A stretch of DNA of 64,000 nt from positions 1 through 64,000 of the forward strand of contig JAAILG010000308.1 in NCBI GenBank assembly GCA_012026655.1. Reading direction: 5' to 3'. The stretch's first letter is position 1; each line of letters opens with the position of its first letter. The position numbers and the translations under genes were made by a program. Shown piece after piece: positions 37,185 to 49,500 of the stretch. This DNA is from Hydrolagus affinis (taxonomy: Eukaryota). The notes beneath the pieces are model-generated. The model saw nothing but the letters and a program-made list of their open reading frames with translations, was not told the DNA's origin and made no database searches.

Positions 37185-37461
37185 TTTACATCCTCGCCCA
37201 GTTTCATTGGCTCCCCATCATCCACTCTGCCGCTAACCTCTGTAACTTCATCCCGCAGTCCCTGCGCCTTGCCCCCTTACTAGCCTCGTTCAACGCCTTG
37301 CCCCCTTACTAGCCTTGTTTAAGTCCCGGCTCAAGACTCCTCTTCGAAGGTCCCATCGGTCACCCCAAATCCCCCCCTGACCCCAGCTCTGATCTGAAAC
37401 AGTGACTGTCCAGCGCCGTGGCACATCTTCCTGCTATACAAGTGTAATTTTGTTGTTGTTT
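37185..37461 (+). mobile_element. L2 LINE 3' end with a 29-bp internal tandem duplication
   Basis: CATTGGCTCCCC (HWLP); (GTT)n tail; duplicated CGCCTTGCCCCCTTACTAGCCTYGTTYAA. Confidence 0.8.
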
Positions 37462-40400
37462 CTGGAAGATGTAATCCTCTGCTCCCCTTTTTAAAAGAAA
37501 TTACAGCTTCAAACTAATAATGCCTAAGATATGTGAAACCTTCCTCAGTTTTTTTTTGCTGTTGCAATTGTTATTGAACTGCCAATCGCTTTCGTTCAAA
37601 GATTCTAAATGTTTTTCCCATTTTCAAAAGAACCCCGAGGAATACACAAGGTTTTACTATTACGTTACTTGAGAAATTCCACATCTCTGATCCAATTGAT
37701 GTTTTTCTTAGCAATCGTCGCAGTATTTCAGGCCTTAAGTATGATAATTGTGGTAAAATGTTGTACTGTTCTGATTTAAATGTGCACTTTATCTCTCCAT
37801 CACTGCTGCCCTTCCCCCAACCAAACTGCTGCCTAAGCTAGTTGAAGTTGAGTCCTTGGTCTCTTGTCAGTTATGGCTACTGATGCGCACAGTAGATTTC
37901 CAGTCCAGAGAGTGCAATGGGCTGCATCTGATTATATCAATAGGTATTGTATTATTCTTCCTTCAAAGAATCGGTCTTCAGAGGTGTAATCAATAAGGGT
38001 TTTAGCGGTGACAGGTGAAGGCCAATGAAATATTCCGCGTGTTGATTAGACCAGCATGAGTTAACGCGTTCCCGAATCATCCCCTGGCTGCAAGATTTAT
38101 TTGACGTGAAGATGAAGCAGTGTCACAGGGGAAAAAGGTGTGCAGTGTGCATGAAACAGAAACAGCCTTGGAAGTGCAGCTGAGCTTTCTGCCAGCTTGA
38201 GATTCAACTGTTATAGCATGATTATCTTGACAAGGTCAACCTGTATATGAACACATGTCATGAAACATATACAAACACATGCAAACTTGCTGCATTCAAC
38301 TTGAGGGATTCAGTCTGCCATTTTCTGCGATCCTTTTGTTTAATTGCAAAATGGCTTTGCTCGCATTTCAACCAGCTTGCTTGCGTACCTAAATTTATTT
38401 CAGTGCCTTTGCACCTTGTTTCAAAGTCTGTGTTCCTAATCAATTTAATTGAAATCATCAAAGAAAACATTTTGTCATTGGCAGGGAAACAGGATATTCA
38501 GTTAGACTTGTCTGTGCTGCTGTTTGATAAATGTGTGATTTATTTATTTGGCCACATAATAAGTCACAATAAAATTTTGAGGAGAAACATACAAAGTAAC
38601 AGGTAAATCTGCTAACTGCAAAAATTTAAATGCCATTCTGGTTGTGTCTAGTTTAGCTTCTCTACTTTTCTCTCGCAGGTGAATAAAAGACAATCTAAGA
38701 GTAATTTGGGTATTTTGTGTGAACTGTTTTATCTTGTTGTACATTAATTGGTGCTGTCTGTGTATGTACTGTCACATTTGTCGTTGCGTTTGGTTGGCAC
38801 ATTTGTTTTTCTCTCTAATTACTGCCTGTTTGTTGTGGTTCCTTTCCTGTAGAACACATCAAATATATTTTCCTAAAGTTACAGAAATATAAATTCACTC
38901 ACTATAAGTCTAATTAGTAAAACTATTTTGCAGTCCTTTGAAATGGTGTTGTGTCCTTCAGAAATAATTACTATTTGTGCAGGGCGAATTAAACATACAG
39001 TTAGTTGACCATTAAGCTTATATCTACATTAACTGTATATTTTTCAAAAATTCTTCTGCGTTTATGCCATATGGTGGCATAGTTCATTCATACTCAATCG
39101 GTGTGGGGGTTGCATTGACTTCAACAGTGGCATAGGTTTGTTTTCTATCGTCACTTGTTCCGATTGTACACATATTCACAGTCCAAACTCCTGCTGGGTC
39201 TAAAGTAGATTTCAACTAACCTTAGCCGTTGTGAAGAGATATGGGATGGGGGTAAAACGATTTTCTACTCCATATTGCCACACTTCCAGCAATACAAACA
39301 AGTCATCAAACCAATCTGTCCTGAAAGAAACACTAGATGCTCCCGAATAGTTTAGATCTGAATTATGCTAGTCACTATGTATTGTTATTAAGACCGAGAC
39401 CTTGAATTGTTTTGGCACGAATTACCATTCGTGAACATGGACATCGTTTAGCCAGACTGATGGTGAGTAGTGAAGGTGTTTGAGGTACCCAGGGTACAAC
39501 AACAACAAAATTACATTTGACTGTATTTTGTTGGCGAATAAATACTGTATATGGTTTAAAAAAGAAACATTTGTTGCTTTGACTTGAGTTGCCTATTCAG
39601 TCACAATCCCTTTGGCTAGCTAAAGGGCATGGTAATAGAAGATTGAGTGTTTGTTCAGCCTCTTGAGTTTGAATACAAGGGCAAAAATGATAGAGGTTAT
39701 AAATTTGTTAGCCCGTGACGTGTGTATGAAAGCGTACATTCCGTGCCTGCATTTGGTCACATTAATATGTTGTACTTGGTTGAATAGCCAGTAAAAATCT
39801 GTGAAATCAAAATGTCCTGGCTGAATGGTCACAGTTACATGAATTGATATCAGCTGCCAATCCAAGGGTGATACAGTAGTATGTACTTTGGTGCAGTTGC
39901 TTTCGTCGATCAATTTAGATTTCAATTAATGAGGTCCTGAAGAAAACTTTGTACTTCCAAGTAATTTAATGACCAAGTCGAATGTGATTCCTTTTAACGC
40001 TGACTGAGAGCTGTTCAGCCTGCATATCAGAGAGCAATTCAGAAAACGTTACATGCAAAGCACTAACCAAATTTCTGTACCGTTTTATAACATTCCTCCG
40101 GACTGTTCTCTTCATATTCATTGGCAGTAAAATGTTTGGGGCACAAGAACCAAGATCCATCAGATCTCCATGCATCTTCTATCCTGTAGCATCATAGCAT
40201 TGAAGTGAGGAATAGATTTGTATTTTACCTGAAAACCAAATGAGGTAGAGTAAGGACAGGGTTGTATTTCATTATATAATAGAAAGAAAATAAAAATTTC
40301 TTGATTGACGTACAAGATATTTCTCAATTTCACAGTTGTTGCTCAACAGACCGTGATTTACTTCAAATGTCTGTCTTTGTCGTTGATACTACAACCTCAA

Positions 40401-40665
40401 GGATTGTTTGTGTGGAAAATAATAATTCTCCAGCTTTATTATACGGAAGATTATTGCATTACATTGGAAAATGGTTTTGTGCTTTCAACGGCTTTTTCAA
40501 TGGGCTCACGTTTATTATTGGCAACTTATAACCCACAAAAAAAGCTTTTGCAATGCAAGATTTTGAGGTTATGCATCAAAATTGAAGACCTAATCATGCA
40601 GAGAGGCTGATACATAGCGAAGGCTTGTTATAATGGGTGATTGAACTTGATCATGCTATGTTGCG

Positions 40666-40762
40666 CACAGTCAATTCACTTTACAGTATATTCTGTGAAG
40701 CGCTTTGAGACATATAGAACACGTGAAAAGCGCTATGTCAAATGCAAAGATTATTATTATTA
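40666..40762 (+). mobile_element. SINE 3' fragment
   Basis: CAGTCAATTCACTTTACAGTATATTCTGTGAAGCGCTTTGAG..(ATT)n. Confidence 0.85.
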
Positions 40763-41384
40763 TAGAACGATGAGAATTGTGCGAATCAGTAAATTGACAC
40801 GCCATAGAGGAACTTTGACTAAAAATATGATGTTGAGAATAAAATAGCAACTCAATTCACCGAGTACAAATTGCAATGTGGACGTGATATATCCAGATTG
40901 GGGGAGAAAAATGAGTTTACCTTACAAGTTCCAGACTCGGGTTTGCAAAATGGTTAGAGCATTTACTGGTGCAGGGTGCAGCACCTGTTCTTTAGCGAGG
41001 AATTCTTTGAAAGGATGATGGCGCTCATTAAAATCTCCTGATATTTTGGAAACAAAAATCCTAATGATTTTAAAATGTGATTTTTTTTTTCTCGCTACAT
41101 TAGCTGTTTTAAATCGATCTATAATTTTTGTAGTTTAGTCAAGCTACCAGGTGCCACATTGAGGGATGCTGCCAGTAACAGTACAACAGCAGTTGTGGTC
41201 CTTTCTGTGTGCAACATTTGTGGATGTTGCATGTGGGTCGAAAGTAAAGTGAATGAAAACATTGAACATACACTCCCAAGTCAACACTTTGAGAATCTAT
41301 CCTGCATGAAGGGCACTATATAATTATGAATTATTGCTGTTGATGCCATCAAACAATGCTGTGTTTTTTTCCCCCCCCCTATAG

Positions 41385-41513
41385 GGTTATCTTCCTGCAA
41401 ATATGGAACGAAGGGAAACCACTCTGCAACGAAAGCGAGAGGAATACTACGGGTTCATTAAACAATATTATGACTCCAGAAACGAAGAACACCACCAGGA
41501 TACCTATCGACAA
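41385..41513 (+). CDS. TBC1D22B: TBC1D22B coding exon 6 (GYLPANMERRETTLQRKREEYYGFIKQYYDSRNEEHHQDTYRQ), 129 nt
   Basis: T/C tract + TAG acceptor; CAA|GTATTG donor; phase 0/0. Confidence 0.96.
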
Positions 41514-42587
41514 GTATTGATAAGATTCCTTTATTTCTATCATTGGAGATTTGCTCTGTTCCGCAAAGCTTTGGTTCCATCAAGTTGCACCCACAATGTA
41601 AAGTGTTTTAACCTGTGACAAATTACAGTTTTTCTTACCTCCCATCCATTATTCTAATATATCGCCCATATTAAAAATGAATCCCGCATTATTTGACACA
41701 TTTGCTATGCTGCAATCTTATAATGTTCATGTAAATCAACATTATAAGATTGTAATTGAGTGCTAATTTAATTACCCTGTAAAGTTTATTAAATTACTGC
41801 AGAAAAATAAATGCAATGATATTTATCTGTAAAATCAATTTTTAATTGTGGCTGAGTGTTTATAGAATATCACATAAAGATGCCATTTCTTTCATTCATT
41901 TTGTTTACTCAGAATCTATCAATTGAATCTGTTCATCTGGTATGTGAGTTTATGAATCTGAAAATGACAAATTAGTTATTGTTTAGATGCATTTACCAGT
42001 CTAGTGATCTATGTAAATTCAACAGAAATTTGGGGCAATAAGTTTTTTTGGTGGTGAGTTGCAAATTGATTTGTTTGAAAATATTTTTTCTTATGGTGTG
42101 TATCCAGATAATTTTTATATTGGTGTCTCGCTCATTCATTGATGGCTAGGCTACCAAAATTATACAATCAAGGGTCATTTTTACCACTTAATTTCAGCTC
42201 TTAAAAACATCGCCGCTCAAATAATTTCTGAAACGCTTCGAGCTAACTTTGAGGCCAAAAATTTTTTTGCAGGTTCCTTTTGGTTACTTTTTGTTGTGAG
42301 TGATGTTGGGGAACTCTGGGATAATGACTCTGACATTGTGGGGGAGCTCAGTGTCAAAGCAAACCTGTCATTTGAACTTTGAGGATTAATTCAGTTCCCT
42401 CGCTCCATCTTTCACATGATCGGTTCAGTGACTTCACAAACTGATGGCACCAGGGACAGTTGCTGTTGATATAGACCACAGAAATATTTTTTTAACTGGA
42501 CGATGGGTGGAATAGAAAAAAAACATGTTCAACATTTAACAATAAATCAGAAGGGGTATTACGGTATAAATTCTCCTTTTACAAGAG

Positions 42588-42760
42588 CAACAATTTGCAT
42601 TTATATAGTGCCCTTCATGTGAGGCAGTGTCCTGGAGCGCTTGATAGTGACAGAGTCTGACACCGAGTCAGGGGGAGAGGGAGGGGAGAGGTGACTGCAA
42701 GCACCATCAAAAAGGAAAGTCTTTATAAGCAAGGATTTGAACATGGGGAGGGAGGTGGTT
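42588..42760 (-). mobile_element. L2 LINE 3' end
   Basis: CAACAATTTGCATTTATATAGTGCCCTTCATGTGAGG; minus-strand FKSLLIKTFLFD. Confidence 0.7.
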
Positions 42761-42843
42761 GTATGAACCAATCTGCAACAAATGCTGTATATCTCTCTGT
42801 AGGAACGCTTGAATACCAACTCATTTTACTCATTTTTTGACAG

Positions 42844-42909
42844 ATTCATATTGACATTCCAAGAACGAACCCTCTCATTCCTCTCTTTCAACAACCTGCA
42901 GTCCAAGAG
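42844..42909 (+). CDS. TBC1D22B: TBC1D22B coding exon 7 (IHIDIPRTNPLIPLFQQPAVQE), 66 nt, arginine finger
   Basis: TTTTTTGACAG acceptor; GAG|GTAAGC donor; IxxDxxR motif; phase 0/0. Confidence 0.97.
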
Positions 42910-43353
42910 GTAAGCAAACCGCTGCTCATTTTCTGATACTTTTTGGGATGGTTTGTCAGTTTGCACACAGCGACATGCTGTGCCTGTGAACTCCGGTGTG
43001 TTTTTTCCCCTTGTGCTAGATGTTATACATGACTTTGTTGCTGCACTGTTGATCTTCATGACAAGGTAGCTCTGGGTGAAGTGGCTTCGAGCTGATTTCA
43101 AAGTTTGGGCCTTCCCTTTCAGTCGCTTTGTTCAGAGAAATAAAATCTTGAAAGGCAAGATGAGTAGGTTAGAATGGTCTCTCTTCACATTGCATTTTAG
43201 GCCACTTCAAAAAGTCTAAAAAAAAATCGGTGATCACAAAGGCTTATTTGGATTTACACTGGTTATTTGTGACCTGAGCTTGCTAGTAAGTGAGGAAAGA
43301 CTTTCATCTCCTTTCTCTGTTGTATTTTCAGAACATTTGGACTTTGCAGTTTT

Positions 43354-43618
43354 GATAATAATAATCCTTGCATCTGATATGGCACCTTGTCACGAATTCA
43401 AGACATCATACAACAATAATAATCCGTCCAAAAAAACTGTAATAAATTGGTCATTTCAATCCAGGACTATTTGTGGGCTACTGCTGTGCGCAATTTGCTG
43501 CTGCATTTCATCCGCAAATATACAGTCAATTCACTTAAAGTATATTCTGTGAAGCACTTTAGGACGTCTAGAAGACCTGAAAAATGCTATATCAAATGCA
43601 AGGATTATTATTATTATC
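43354..43618. mobile_element. Short antisense SINE tail (43354-43395) joined to a 5'-truncated sense SINE (43412-43618)
   Basis: GATAATAATAATCCTTGCATCTGATAT on the left is nearly the reverse complement of ATATCAAATGCAAGGATTATTATTATTATC on the right. Confidence 0.85.
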
Positions 43619-46004
43619 ATAAACACTTCTCAATTCTTCCATCCGGTCTCCTTTGTCCTTTCTAGATTTTAAAATTATTTAAAAAGAGAGATTGTTTTGG
43701 TCTTTATATATCTTTATTTTCTAAATAAAGCAACACCAAGGTCCCTATTTACTTTATCCCTTTATGCTGATTAATATTAGCTCTGTATCTCAATATTTTC
43801 CTCCTTTTATTTTATGTGGTAAACATGTGATGATACATTTAAATAAGTGAGGTTATTTTGGATCTCCCAGAAGACAGGAAACCTTTTTTTATTTTGTCAG
43901 TTTGCTGTTAATTTCATTTCCCCAATTGTCTGCCCCTGTACCACATCTCATTTACATCTGAGAGCATGGCCAACATTCCTACTGCTCTTCACCAATGCTG
44001 CAGTGACAGCAGAGGTGTTCAAGAGCATCCTGCAAATCACTACTCTCTCTCTCGAGTCTTTTCCTGTGGGGAAGTTACTCTGCTGCGCTGGCTATGCTTA
44101 CACTGGAGTCTTGTAGCTCAGTGGTTACAACACTGGGATGGAGTTCCAGAGATGTGGGGGCAGAGGCTGAAAGCCCATCCATTGATGGTAGGGAGACATG
44201 GAGCAGACCGGAGCCTGCTGACCGTGGGAGGGGGGGCTGGGGGTGTCAGGTTGGTTGAGAATGCAAATTTGAATGCAAATGAATACACAGTTGAAATATT
44301 TAAATTGTATAAGTTCTAGAGTTTGTTGTAAAAATTGAATGATTTCAGTTATGACCTTTTCGGCGTGGCAGGGCTATTTGAGAAATGAATTATGAATGTC
44401 AACATTTAGTACATTTCCATTTGAGGAATTGTTTCAGCACCAGTCAAAATGTTGATTGCAATTAAATCTTCACTGCTTTACATTTTTCAGTGTGTTGCAC
44501 TATTTGGTAATTTATCATTTACAGAATGGATGGAAACCGACACATTAAATATGAATAGTGAAGGGCTATTGGCACATTCAAGTTTTGCAATGAAGTGAAA
44601 ATCACAGTAGTTAATTCCAATTCTTTACAGTGAGCCAAAATAAAACCAGCGAACATATGAGACGGTGCCACATAAAACAGATTTGCTTTGTTTTATGTAT
44701 TGTACCATCTGGTGCCTTGCTGTTGGGCACTTTTTCAAGTTTACAAAAAAAAAGCATTGCGAACCCCTTTGAATTGCGTTTATATCCAGACATTCTTTTT
44801 GAGTTAAACCATTTGAGATCCGACTTCTCCAGAAACCACCAATATCACATATGATCAGTTGGGAGGTGGCATGTTTGATGCAATTAGGTTGAGCAGCCAA
44901 TTGTTCTCACTCGATTGCCATCAGTATAGCTAGTGTAGCATCCAGTGGACTTTCCCAAATCCTTCAAAGGCTCTCCATTCTGAGTGACCAACATCTGTGA
45001 AATGCATTCACTTGATGTAGTTTAATTGCTTTACCACTTTGGTGAACCCTGAATTGTCCAGTACCTTGGAATGTCTTCCTGAGATGAAAGGCGCTGTATA
45101 AATGTAAATTTGTTGTTGGTATCCTTGGCTTATTAAAAAAAGTTATATTAAAATATGAATTTCTGGATTGCTATCAGTAATCTCCTTTTTTTTGAGTAAT
45201 TTCAAGCAATCTTCTGTTGTCTTTCAGAATTCTATTGCCCACAGGGTAATTGATGAAATGGTAATTTGGGTTTTAACCTTAAATGGTCAATAGTGAAAGA
45301 AGGGTGAAAGAATTGCTTGAAGAAATAATTGAGTGGTAGTTGGCCTGAAATCAGCCAACTTTATTTAGGAGAAACTGATTTGTGGAATTGAATCCAGCAG
45401 TTGCCTGAAGCACATTATGACCTGACGTTTGTTTTGAGGTTGTAACGGCAAAGTCAGAGATTCCCCACAAGAATGCTTACTAGCATACTGACAGCCTTAT
45501 TTAGCATGAGATCATTTATGCTGCTTAACATTTGAAGGGATGTGTTCCAGGTGATGACACTGTCTTGGAGAGGAACTTCTCAAGCAGAAGAAATAGCAGT
45601 GACGCTTTGTTGCTGGTATTCTGTGTAGGTCATTTAGATTCAACAACAACAAAATAGTGATAGTTGGGTCATACTGGGTTAGAGTATTGCCTGGTAGCAC
45701 TGCAGCAATAATTCTAATTCTTTGGCAGCATTTTTACTGTGTGCTTTGTCACAAGATGAATGTAAATTGGGATTAAGATGTGAATGTCTGTCTAAATAAC
45801 TTGAAGGGAAGCCATGTTGTATTTTGATAAAAGTAGTAAGTAAGTTCATCTCTCCACTATGGTAAGCTTCACCAACTTTATAGAAAGGTTAGCCCCCTTT
45901 TCCTCTACATGTTAAGGTACTAAATATTAAGTTTAAATGTAAATATTAAGTTTAAATATTAAAGATTAAGTTTTCTTGAGATGTAAAGATTGATTAAATT
46001 GCTT

Positions 46005-46170
46005 ATTTAAATCCACAACCTTTTGTGGGACACTGCTGTGTGCAATTGGCTGCCACATTTTGCCCACAAATGTACAGTCAATTCACCTTACAGTATATTC
46101 TGTGAAGCGCTTTGAGACAACTAGAAGGTGTGATAAGTGCAATATCAAATGCAAGGATTATTATTATGAT
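46005..46170 (+). mobile_element. SINE 3' half
   Basis: GTGGGACACTGCTGTGTGCAATTGGCTGCC..AAATGCAAGGATTATT. Confidence 0.88.
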
Positions 46171-47327
46171 TATATTATTCGAGTCTTTGCCATTCAGCCT
46201 GACAAATTTCCACTTGGCAAAGTCAACGTTTGCTGACAAACTTCGATATTCCGTTCATGCGAGAGAGAGGAGAGTTTCCAATCGTATTTAAGTCAAACAT
46301 TAAGTGAAATGGGTCTAATTTGCTTTAATTTTAGTCTATTGAAGATCCTGTAAAAAAAATTAAAAATTATTGTAGCCAGATAACACACCATACCTCGTGT
46401 AGTGAATTTCTTCAAAAAGGGCAATGTGAATGCGGTTTTAGTCTCAGAAGGAAAGAAAATAGAAGCATTTCCTGATGTAAGAGCCACAGTCACAGAAGAC
46501 TCGGATAGATAATATTACCTGAAATAGAGCATGCTATGTGTAAGATAATACTGTTTAGAAATTCACGAGAACTTGTCACCTTTACAAACTGTGCAATAAA
46601 TAAAATGAAGTTGCGTGAAATATTTTCAAAATATCAGTAATTTAACGATTGCATTTCAAACATCAATTACAATTGGCAGGAGAAAATGCCGCTTTGGTGA
46701 AATCAAATCCAAATTGTCTGTAATATTCTAGTTTTGCCTCAACTCCCGGAATCTGCAGTCAGGAACGATCAGCGTTGATCGGCTTATGTGTTGCCGTTGA
46801 TTCATTAGTAAGCATGCTGCTTTGGCTCTGGTATAGGCTGTTGGTTGGATGATCCAAAAGATGTGATTAAAACGAAAAATGTGTCTGGAGCTCATGGAAT
46901 TCAATGCAGAGACATTTAAAGTGTAGTAGTTCCAGGTGCATTTCATATTTTACAATGAAGTCTAAATTGGATTATTACAAAGAGGGCAATTGAAGCTGAT
47001 GTGCTACGTGCCGCTCTACGCCATTCATCATCGCACCAACTGCACCACGTTCCTCAATTTTGTACGAGAGGCAATCACAAACATTCTGGTGTTTAATCTT
47101 CATTTTCAGCTTCTATGTGTTTGTGAATGCAACACTTATCAGGCTGGCAGCTTCGTGTGTTAACCCATTTAATTGCAAATGATAGTATTTTTGAAGAATG
47201 AATGCTGAAGACTATGAAACATGGATTGTATTTAGTTCTTCTCAAAAATTACTGAAGGGTATAGCACTGTTGCGAGGTATGAGAGAAACCAGCATGTTTC
47301 ACCAACCTAAATGCATAGGAATAAAGC

Positions 47328-47462
47328 AGCAATAACAACATAATTACATTTGTATAGCACCTTTCACGTCAGGAGGTGATCCCAAGAAGCTGGCCAGTGA
47401 ATGCTTCGGACCCGAGCTGGGGTCGTTTATCAGGGAGCGTGAAGGGAGGGGAAGGAGGAAGT
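47328..47462 (-). mobile_element. L2 LINE 3' end
   Basis: AATTACATTTGTATAGCACCTTTCACGTCAGGAGG..GGACCCGAGCTGGGGTCG. Confidence 0.8.
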
Positions 47463-48549
47463 AATGTCCAAAGACTGATGGTATATCAGTTCAAATATAT
47501 AGAAAATGATGCATCTCAAGACCATGGTGCCCTTGGACTTCTTCTAGTCAATGCATTTTACTTTTACTCAGCTCGTTACAACAGCCCCTGCTCCAGCAAT
47601 TGTGATGAAAAGAAGTCCAAATGTATTCTCTCTGCTGAGTTGGAAATTTTTATCTTTTTCGATTCAACCAGGTGCTGTATCTGTTCCCAGAGAAATAGCA
47701 GCATAAAAGAAAAAAAAATTAAATGCCTGAAAAAGATGACATGACTTTTTGCTATTGTAACCTTAAAATTCATTTTATTCAATTATTATTCAGCTGCAAT
47801 GTGTTGCACTGTTCACTTAATTATTTTGCCAAACCTTTGATGGAAATGAAACATATATTCCCTGGCTTTATTGCTAATTCACTGGTAGTTTGATTCATGC
47901 TTTCTGAAACCCTATCAGGCATCTGACCTCACCTGGTTATTAACCTAGTGAAACCTTTCCATGATACCTTACATGTGAAGATTTGAGTTACTTGTAGGAT
48001 ATTTGATTGCATTCACATTTTTATTTCTATTTATTTATTTTGTAATTGGATATATCCTGTAATATGGAGCCTGTACATTTTCCTATCCATATGCCAGGAT
48101 ATTACCATTACTCATGTTCTGCTTTTTTTCCTTCCAGCCTCAGAACTAATTAGTCATTTAACATCACTCACGGAGTTCAGATTTTTTAAATTATTATCAC
48201 TCATCATCCAGCTGTGATTGAGGAGATTAGTGCTTTGAGATGTACAACCAGTTAAGATGTGAAGAATTTCAGAAACACAGCTGAAATAAAATTTTCAATG
48301 AATTCAGATGGTAATGATAGGAGCTTGAGTGTGGTATAATTGCTGAACTTCACATTATTCCACTATAGAACGAACGGAGTTGCAACTTTGAAGCGCTTTT
48401 GGCATTAATTTTGTAAAGTCAAAATCAAAATTTGTGTTGTTGCTATGATCTATGAATATATCTCATGGCACTAGCAGAAAAACCAAAAAGACCTAAGGGT
48501 ATCCATGTTAGCACACTTTACCTTCCATTCATTATTGATGGAAAAAAAA

Positions 48550-48865
48550 GACTTCAAGTCTGGGCTGACAATCCAAGCCAGTGCTGGGGAAGCTTTGGGT
48601 TTATTGTCAGACATGTCGATGTATGGATGAGCCATTAAATCAAAGTACCATTTCTCTGTTGAGGTGGATGTTTAAGATGTTCATGACACTAGTTGAAAAG
48701 AGAAGGGGGTTTCTCTCAGTGTTGATCATTCATCTTCTACCTGTTTGTGAGATCTTGCTTGTATAAATGGCTGTCCTGTTTATATTCAACAACATTCATG
48801 GATTTATGATTCACAATCAATGCTTGTGAAGCATTTAGGACATTTTAGCATAAGGGACTATTTTA
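48550..48865 (+). mobile_element. Old Deu-domain SINE relic
   Basis: CTGGGCTGACA..GGATGAGCCATTAAA..AGGTGGATGTTTAAGATGTTCATGACACTA..TGTTTGTGAGATCTTGCT..GTGAAGCATTTAGGAC. Confidence 0.65.
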
Positions 48866-49301
48866 AAAAAATACAGGGTTTTGATTCATTATATAATTCA
48901 TCAGAAGTGAATGATTTTGGTAATGTAATATAACCATGTTAATTTTTGAGCACATTTAGATTGCGTTTCACAAGTTTTGTGTAACCCACGATTTTCAACT
49001 ATGGTGGTGTTATTGGCTTTTTGTAGCGAGACCAATCGAAAAATAATCTTTTCAGTCTGAGAAACCCAAGTGTTCATTGGCATTAAGCCACTTTACCCGA
49101 GTTCAATTAAGGACAAACTTGCACATATGAAAAGGAACACTGTTGGATCAGTGGTTGACAACACTGCTGTGAAGTACTGTACTCTGTTCACCCAGATGCC
49201 GTGACTTTAATATTTTAGTTCAGCAAATGCTTTGTAAAGTTTGTATAGTTGTGACTGTGCTGTTGTGACATTGTTGTGCTAAAGTTAATCTTCTTTTACA
49301 G

Positions 49302-49416
49302 ATCTTTGAACGGATTTTATTCATATGGGCCATTCGTCATCCAGCTAGTGGTTACGTTCAAGGGATTAATGACCTGGTCACTCCATTTTTTGTTGTCTTC
49401 CTCTCAGAACATGTTG
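49302..49416 (+). CDS. TBC1D22B: TBC1D22B coding exon 8 (IFERILFIWAIRHPASGYVQGINDLVTPFFVVFLSEHV), 115 nt, glutamine finger
   Basis: TTCTTTTACAG acceptor; TTG|GTAAGT donor; GYVQG motif; phase 0/1. Last exon found in the window. Confidence 0.97.
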
Positions 49417-49454
49417 GTAAGTTGGTGGTTTTTATCAAATCGGATTACTGGTAT

Positions 49455-49500
49455 GCACTAGATAGGCCAAATGGCTTACTCCATCCTGTATCATTCTATG
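49455..49500 (+). mobile_element. CR1 extreme 3' tail remnant
   Basis: GATAGGCCAAATGGCTTACTCCATCCTGTATCATTCTATG. Confidence 0.55.
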
